In this document: positions 53,152 to 57,450 of the stretch, piece after piece
Numbering within the stretch: the first letter of the stretch is position 1
Layout: the number at the start of each line of letters is the position of its first letter
Assembly: GCA_030666865.1 (NCBI GenBank)
Contig: DAOUWZ010000004.1
Span: forward strand, 1 to 57,450
Length of the DNA stretch: 57,450 nt
Source of the DNA: a bacterium
Lineage (GTDB): Bacteria > Patescibacteriota > Patescibacteriia > S139-126
Reading direction: 5' to 3'
Made by a program: the position numbers and the translations under genes
The notes under the pieces: model-generated
What the model was told of the DNA's origin: nothing
The model's database searches: none
The model's input: only the letters and a program-made list of their open reading frames with translations

Positions 53152-54528
53152 CTAGAATTGTGGTTCTGGCATTGGGGTTGTATTTTTAGCTTTATTTTCA
53201 AATCTGACTTTTTCTTCATTAAAAATAAGTTCAATCTTGCCAGTTGGTCCGTTTCTGTGTTTAGCTATGAATATTTCAGCAATATTTCTGCGATCAGGAT
53301 CAGTTTCTTCTCGTTTATACATATATTCCCTATAAATAAACACAACAATATCTGCATCTTGTTCAATAGAACCAGATTCTCGTAAGTGAGCGAGTTTTGG
53401 AATAGGGGGTTTTTCAAGTTCAACTGCACGGGAAAGTTGAGAAAGGGCAAGTACTGGTATATTTAGTTCGCGAGCTAAAGCTTTTAAAGCCCTGGTAATT
53501 TCAGCTACTTCTTGGACGCGGTTATCACTATTTTTTGATCGACCTTCCATCAATTGCAAATAGTCAACAACTATTAGCTCAAGTCCGTGTTCGCTTTTTA
53601 GTCTTCTGGCTTTAGTTCTCAGTTCCATTATATTTGATGAAGCGGAATCGTCAATAAATATTGGCGCTTCGGAAAGCGTGGCCATAGCATGACCAATGCG
53701 AGGAAAATCATTATCAGTTTCTCGGTCAGATAAGCGGCCAGTTCGCATTTTCCATAAATCAACTCCAGCTTCAGCGCAAAGCATACGGTCAACCAATTGT
53801 TCTTTACTCATTTCCAATGAAAAAATTCCGACTGGATGTTTATTTTTGCCGATCAGCCTGGCAATATCAAGGGCTAAAGTAGTTTTACCCATTGACGGTC
53901 GGGCTGCCAATATTATTAAGTCTGATTTTTGCAAGCCAGCCAGTTTATTATCCAGATCATAAAAACCGGTTGGCACACCTCTGATTTTTCCGCCTTCCTT
54001 ATGTAATTCGTCAATTCTTTCAAAAGTATCATCTAAAACAGATTTAACAGGAATAAAATTTTGCTTTAAATGTTTCTGGGAAATTTGAAATATTTTTTGT
54101 TCAGCTTGATCAAGCAGGGCATCAACTTTTTCTTCTTCGCTGAATCCCAATGAAGTTATTTCCTGAGCTGCAATTATCATTTTTCTAAGCGCTGCTTTTT
54201 TCTGGATAATATTGGCATAAGAGACAATATTTGAAGAAGTAACCACGGCGTTAGTCAGTTCTGTTAGGTAAGTCCGGCCGCCAATTTTTTCCAGAATTTT
54301 TTTCTCAGTCAGTCGATTGGTCAAACTAAGCAGATCAATTGGTTCTCTTTCTGAATATAATTCCAACATTAGTTCAAAAATATTTTGATGAGATTCTTTA
54401 TAAAAATCTTCAGTAGAGATAGTGTCAGCGATTTTTGATATCGCATCGGAATCAATTAAAATAGAGCCCAAAACATTAGTTTCAGCCTCCAGATTTTGTG
54501 GTGGTAATTTTTCAATATTATTACTCAT
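53152..54528 (-). CDS. dnaB: Replicative DNA helicase DnaB
   Basis: PPQNLEAETNVLGSIL, Walker A ARPSMGKTT and the RecA-like C-terminal domain. Confidence 0.95.
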   Translation of the reverse strand: MSNNIEKLPPQNLEAETNVLGSILIDSDAISKIADTISTEDFYKESHQNIFELMLELYSEREPIDLLSLTNRLTEKKILEKIGGRTYLTELTNAVVTSSNIVSYANIIQKKAALRKMIIAAQEITSLGFSEEEKVDALLDQAEQKIFQISQKHLKQNFIPVKSVLDDTFERIDELHKEGGKIRGVPTGFYDLDNKLAGLQKSDLIILAARPSMGKTTLALDIARLIGKNKHPVGIFSLEMSKEQLVDRMLCAEAGVDLWKMRTGRLSDRETDNDFPRIGHAMATLSEAPIFIDDSASSNIMELRTKARRLKSEHGLELIVVDYLQLMEGRSKNSDNRVQEVAEITRALKALARELNIPVLALSQLSRAVELEKPPIPKLAHLRESGSIEQDADIVVFIYREYMYKREETDPDRRNIAEIFIAKHRNGPTGKIELIFNEEKVRFENKAKNTTPMPEPQF

Positions 54529-54661
54529 AGTAGTATTATTTTACTTCAATAACTGTAGATTTTCAAGAGTATTATTGTACAGAGGTAATCCACTTGTAAT
54601 AAACATATAAATTGGCTAAGATAAGCTAATTGGTTGTTTAAAAAGTAAACGGGAGGTTGTT

Positions 54662-55633
54662 ATGTTGAATAAAATATTATTAATTTTTGTATTTTTATTG
54701 ATTTTAATTTGCGGATTTTTAGGTTTAAAAACAGTTTCATTGGAAAATAAAATCAATAAAATTCAGTCAGATTATAAACAAGTTCACTCGCTTATGATTC
54801 AAAGAATGTATTTTCATGATTTCATAGTGCCAGATTCAATTTGTTTTGGCAGATATGTAGTGCCGTTGATTGATATTAAAGATAAGGTTTTTGATAGAAT
54901 GGTATTATTCGCCAGTAGAACTGATAGACTAGTACAAATTAAAAGGCGTTCCATTCAATATTATTATATTCCTGATATTTTACAGGAATCTGGTATTCAT
55001 TCAGATAAATGGTATTTAGCTAAATATGAAAGTTTGCTTAATATATATGCGAAATCATCAATGTGGGCTGTTGGTATGTGGCAATTTAAGAAGTCTACGG
55101 CTAGGTCGTATGGCTTAGTTATCAATTATTATATTGATGACCGCCTAGAGCCGGTTAGATCAACCAGAGCTTTTGTTAAGCATTTTAAATATTTGTTAAA
55201 TAAAAATACAAATTCATTGGTTAATAGTATGGCTGACTATAATCGTGGCGAGTCAAATATGAATAGATTGATTAAAATGAGTAAGATTGATGATTATTTT
55301 CGGTTGAGCGGAAATGGTATGCCAGAACAAACAAAATATTATGTTCCAGGAATAGTTGCTTTGAAGTTGCTTGAACAGACTGAATTTTATAAGCAATTAA
55401 ATATTGGCGTGATGCCAGAGATAGTGCAATGGGTTGAACAAGAAATATATGTTAGGAAAAATATTCATTTAGAAAAATTTAATAATTTTTTAGGTGATGA
55501 CAGTTTTATGCATCTTAATCCGCAGTATATCAGATATATAATTCCGAGGGGCAAACGAACTGTAGTTATTTTTTTAAAACATCAGGAAAAGTTTACTGAA
55601 TTTTGTAAATTAAATAATATTAAAACTTATTAA
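54662..55633 (+). CDS. Membrane-anchored lytic transglycosylase (SLT domain) protein
   Basis: N-terminal TM helix. SLT catalytic region YESLLNIYAKSSMWAVGMWQFKKSTARSYGL. SD GGGAGGT. Confidence 0.65.
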   Translation: MLNKILLIFVFLLILICGFLGLKTVSLENKINKIQSDYKQVHSLMIQRMYFHDFIVPDSICFGRYVVPLIDIKDKVFDRMVLFASRTDRLVQIKRRSIQYYYIPDILQESGIHSDKWYLAKYESLLNIYAKSSMWAVGMWQFKKSTARSYGLVINYYIDDRLEPVRSTRAFVKHFKYLLNKNTNSLVNSMADYNRGESNMNRLIKMSKIDDYFRLSGNGMPEQTKYYVPGIVALKLLEQTEFYKQLNIGVMPEIVQWVEQEIYVRKNIHLEKFNNFLGDDSFMHLNPQYIRYIIPRGKRTVVIFLKHQEKFTEFCKLNNIKTY

Positions 55634-55719
55634 ACATGCAGTTATTTTCCCTTTTCAAGCAGGGAAAAGGAAATAGGTATTTAAATAGGTATTTTAATAC
55701 CTATTTAAATCTTGAATTA

Positions 55720-55757
55720 ACTCCGTTCTGCAGTAGCGAGACGGAGTTTTTATTTTT
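55720..55757 (+). terminator. Intrinsic terminator
   Basis: AACTCCGT-loop-ACGGAGTT followed by TTTTATTTTT. Confidence 0.7.
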
Positions 55758-55872
55758 ATAATAAAATTAATATAAAGGCTTGCATTATTTGTTGATATTT
55801 GTTATATTTATTTTGCTGTTTTTTTGGCAGTTTTTTTATATAAAATATTATTACCAGTTAATTGTTAAATGT

Positions 55873-55909
55873 CCCGCCCGCCATGCTAGTCGTAGGTGTT
55901 GCGGGCAGG
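55873..55909 (+). repeat. P3-family GC hairpin, just upstream of tRNA-Lys
   Basis: CCCGCCCGC-CATGCTAGTCGTAGGTGTT-GCGGGCAGG. Homologous to 20048-20085. Confidence 0.7.
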
Positions 55910-55921
55910 TAATAGTTATCT

Positions 55922-55997
55922 TGGGCCGTTAGCTCAGTTGGTAGAGCGCCAGGCTTTTAACCTGGGCGTCACAGGTTCGAATCCTGTACGGCCCACC
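55922..55997 (+). tRNA. tRNA-Lys (anticodon UUU)
   Basis: Acceptor GGGCCGT/ACGGCCC, anticodon arm CCAGG-CTTTTAA-CCTGG, T arm ACAGG-TTCGAAT-CCTGT, encoded CCA. Confidence 0.9.
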
Positions 55998-56004
55998 ATA
56001 AAAA

Positions 56005-56041
56005 AGTTTGTTCATCACCTAGTGGTGTGCAAACTTTTTTT
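56005..56041 (+). terminator. Intrinsic terminator after tRNA-Lys
   Basis: GTTTG...CAAAC stem with an inner CACC/GGTG pairing, followed by TTTTTTTT. Confidence 0.65.
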
Positions 56042-56184
56042 ATTTTGATTGTTTCAGGATTCGAACGGGCAGGAGCGAGTATTGAGCAGAGCGAAATAAA
56101 CGAGCGACGACCAAAGCGAGTAAGCGTAGCTTTGGGCGCTGCCCAGTACAACGAAGTTGAGTGAAGCGAAACGAGGCGGAAATC

Positions 56185-56204
56185 CCTGCCTGCCGGCAGG
56201 CAGG
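56185..56204. repeat. P1-family 20-bp GC palindrome interrupting a duplicated tRNA-Lys 3' end
   Basis: CCTGCCTGCCGGCAGGCAGG, exact, flanked by GAAATC| and |CTGTACGGCCCACCAT. Confidence 0.95.
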
Positions 56205-56220
56205 CTGTACGGCCCACCAT
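56205..56220 (+). repeat. 16-nt direct repeat of the tRNA-Lys 3' end
   Basis: CTGTACGGCCCACCAT is identical to 55983-55998. Confidence 0.9.
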
Positions 56221-56351
56221 TCGACTCGCTCCTATAAGGAGTTCGCTCATGGTCTGCAGCACTAACATGCTTTTGACCACTCTCATTTATTATCTTCGCG
56301 AGTCGAATGCCCTGAGCCTGCCGAAGGGCAAATTTAAAAATCTCTTAACCT

Positions 56352-56624
56352 ATAAAATACTTTGCATATTTAGCACGCTGTAATGATGAATCTTTATATA
56401 TTGGTTCTTGTACTAACATTGAAGCTAGAGAAATAAAAGACAATAAAGGTGAAGGTGCTCAGTATACAAAACAAAGACAACCTACAAAAATAATATATTT
56501 TGAAAAGTTTGATAGTTTGGTTGAAGCTACTAGACGAGAGAAACAAATTAAAGGATGGATTTGTGAAAAGAAAGAAAATTTAGTGAAGTATGGTCATCCG
56601 ACAAAATTTAGTAATAGTTATTAA
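56352..56624 (+). pseudogene. GIY-YIG nuclease family (UPF0213/YhbQ-like) ORF with ATA where the start codon is expected
   Basis: The in-frame translation is (I)KYFAYLARCNDESLYIGSCTNIEAREIKDNKGEGAQYTKQRQPTKIIYFEKFDSLVEATRREKQIKGWICEKKENL. A TAA lies 2 codons upstream, and no ATG/GTG/TTG is available. Confidence 0.6.
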
Positions 56625-56657
56625 TGCCTTTATTTAAGGTGTTTTTTGTTTAGGGTG
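56625..56657 (+). terminator. Weak intrinsic terminator inside a 31-nt repeat module
   Basis: CCTT-TATTT-AAGG followed by TGTTTTTTG. The module CCTTTATTTAAGGTGTTTTTTGTTTAGGGTG recurs at 57279-57309 with 1 mismatch. Confidence 0.5.
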
Positions 56658-56692
56658 TTTGGGTCGTTTGAATTTTTTGATATAATAATTAT

Positions 56693-57208
56693 ATGAAAAA
56701 GAAAATAAATTTTATTTTAATAAACGGTCCAATGGGTTCTGGTAAATCAACCATTGTAAAGTTATTACATCCTAAATTGAAAAGAACGGCTTTATTAGGA
56801 GGGGATAGAATTAAGTGGTTCATGTCAGATTTTAAAAGGAGTAGGAAAAATAATGAAATAGTACATAAGGTTATAATGCGAATGTGTGATGAATACTTAA
56901 AAAATGGAATCAGTATCTTACTTGATCAAGGTTTTTATTCAGAAGAAAGAGCTGATAAGTATTTGAAAATAGCAAAGAAATATAACTGTGTAATTAAATT
57001 TTATCATCTGCAGGCACCTCGTCAGATTTTATTGGATAGAATAAGAAAAAGACCAACTGCTAAAATGGCCGATAAGCCCGTACCAAAAACAAGGGTGCTT
57101 AGAAATTTGAGAAATCACAATAAGATTAAATATACTAATGCAACTATTATTGATACCTTTCAGAAAAAACCCAAGGAAGTAGTAGATTATATTCTCAAAG
57201 ATTTGTAA
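56693..57208 (+). CDS. P-loop NTPase/kinase (AAA_33/zeta-toxin-like fold)
   Basis: Walker A INGPMGSGKST in a small 171-aa single-domain protein. Confidence 0.55.
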   Translation: MKKKINFILINGPMGSGKSTIVKLLHPKLKRTALLGGDRIKWFMSDFKRSRKNNEIVHKVIMRMCDEYLKNGISILLDQGFYSEERADKYLKIAKKYNCVIKFYHLQAPRQILLDRIRKRPTAKMADKPVPKTRVLRNLRNHNKIKYTNATIIDTFQKKPKEVVDYILKDL

Positions 57209-57276
57209 GACGCTTTGATATCAGTATTTGATAAGCTAGTTCTAAAATTAACCCACAAAGTTCACCACTGCAGAAT

Positions 57277-57309
57277 CACCTTTATCTAAGGTGTTTTTTG
57301 TTTAGGGTG
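57277..57309 (+). terminator. Intrinsic terminator (second copy of the 31-nt module)
   Basis: CACCTT-TATCT-AAGGTG followed by TTTTTT. Confidence 0.7.
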
Positions 57310-57450
57310 CGCATTTAGTCATTTAAAAATCTAACTTTACCTCCTACGGTTGAGACATATATTTCCTAACTTTAAGATTGCTTAATTTTCTTAATTTTTT
57401 CATCAATTATGCGTTTTAATGTCATTGGGTTTAAGGATAAATATAATACA

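Noticed and set aside
55969-56286. 105-aa minus-strand ORF from the track.
   Set aside because: It is antisense to tRNA-Lys (its ...WWAVQDSNL end is the tRNA complement) and runs through the P1 palindrome (CLPAGR). It is a repeat/tRNA shadow ORF.
55922-56351. Group I intron or homing-endonuclease insertion in tRNA-Lys, prompted by the GIY-YIG ORF and the GC-rich structured DNA next to a tRNA.
   Set aside because: The tRNA-Lys cloverleaf is complete and uninterrupted. The GIY-YIG ORF is the small UPF0213 type without a DNA-binding extension. I could not identify P-helix/intron core motifs by eye.
1-57450. Alternative genetic code (UGA recoding, as in Gracilibacteria/Absconditabacteria).
   Set aside because: Long conserved genes (fusA, tuf, secY, clpC, valS) contain no in-frame TGA. 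Several well-delimited ORFs terminate at TGA at the expected length (for example 3540 and 49128).

Overview
This AT-rich window uses the standard genetic code: EF-G, EF-Tu and SecY have no in-frame TGA, and several ORFs end in TGA. It looks like part of a small CPR/Patescibacteria-type genome. Three things point that way. There is no L30 gene between rpsE and rplO, there are T4SS-pilin-like secreted proteins, and several ribosomal proteins carry long Lys-rich extensions.

Backbone genes:
- radA, recG, valS, comF, clpC and lemA
- an almost complete str-S10-spc ribosomal superoperon (rpsL, rpsG, fusA, tuf, rpsJ ... rplO, secY, adk, map)
- ruvX, a WecA-like transferase, rplU, recR, ybaB and dnaB
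- tRNA-Arg(GCG), tRNA-Ser(GCU) and tRNA-Lys(UUU)

Accessory content:
1. A cluster of extracytoplasmic proteins at 204-6786. It holds two Cys-rich T4SS-pilin-like proteins (one fused to NlpC/P60), a TolB-like propeller, a MORN lipoprotein and a DsbA.
2. An 845-aa tail-fibre-like secreted protein, followed by a self-contained cassette flanked by 45-bp direct repeats. The cassette encodes a protein with a T9SS-type C-terminal sorting domain.
3. A very AT-rich five-gene island at 25792-30368, sitting directly upstream of rpsL. It encodes an atypical kinase-fold protein, a VOC protein, a class-III aminotransferase, a GT4-Nudix fusion and an HxGH nucleotidyltransferase.

The most unusual signal is non-coding. 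An IS200/RAYT-like Y1 HUH transposase gene coexists with several families of perfect GC-rich palindromes:
- A 20-bp palindrome, CCTGCCTGCCGGCAGGCAGG, has 7 exact, 2 near-exact and 1 long-loop copies. Filled and empty sites for it can be compared inside this window.
- A 46-58-bp palindrome family has one copy lying in frame inside the transposase gene itself.
- A ~125-nt composite repeat and a MITE-like element with 19-bp terminal inverted repeats occupy spacers inside the normally compact ribosomal protein operons.

All functional calls rest on motif recognition by eye. No database search was run.
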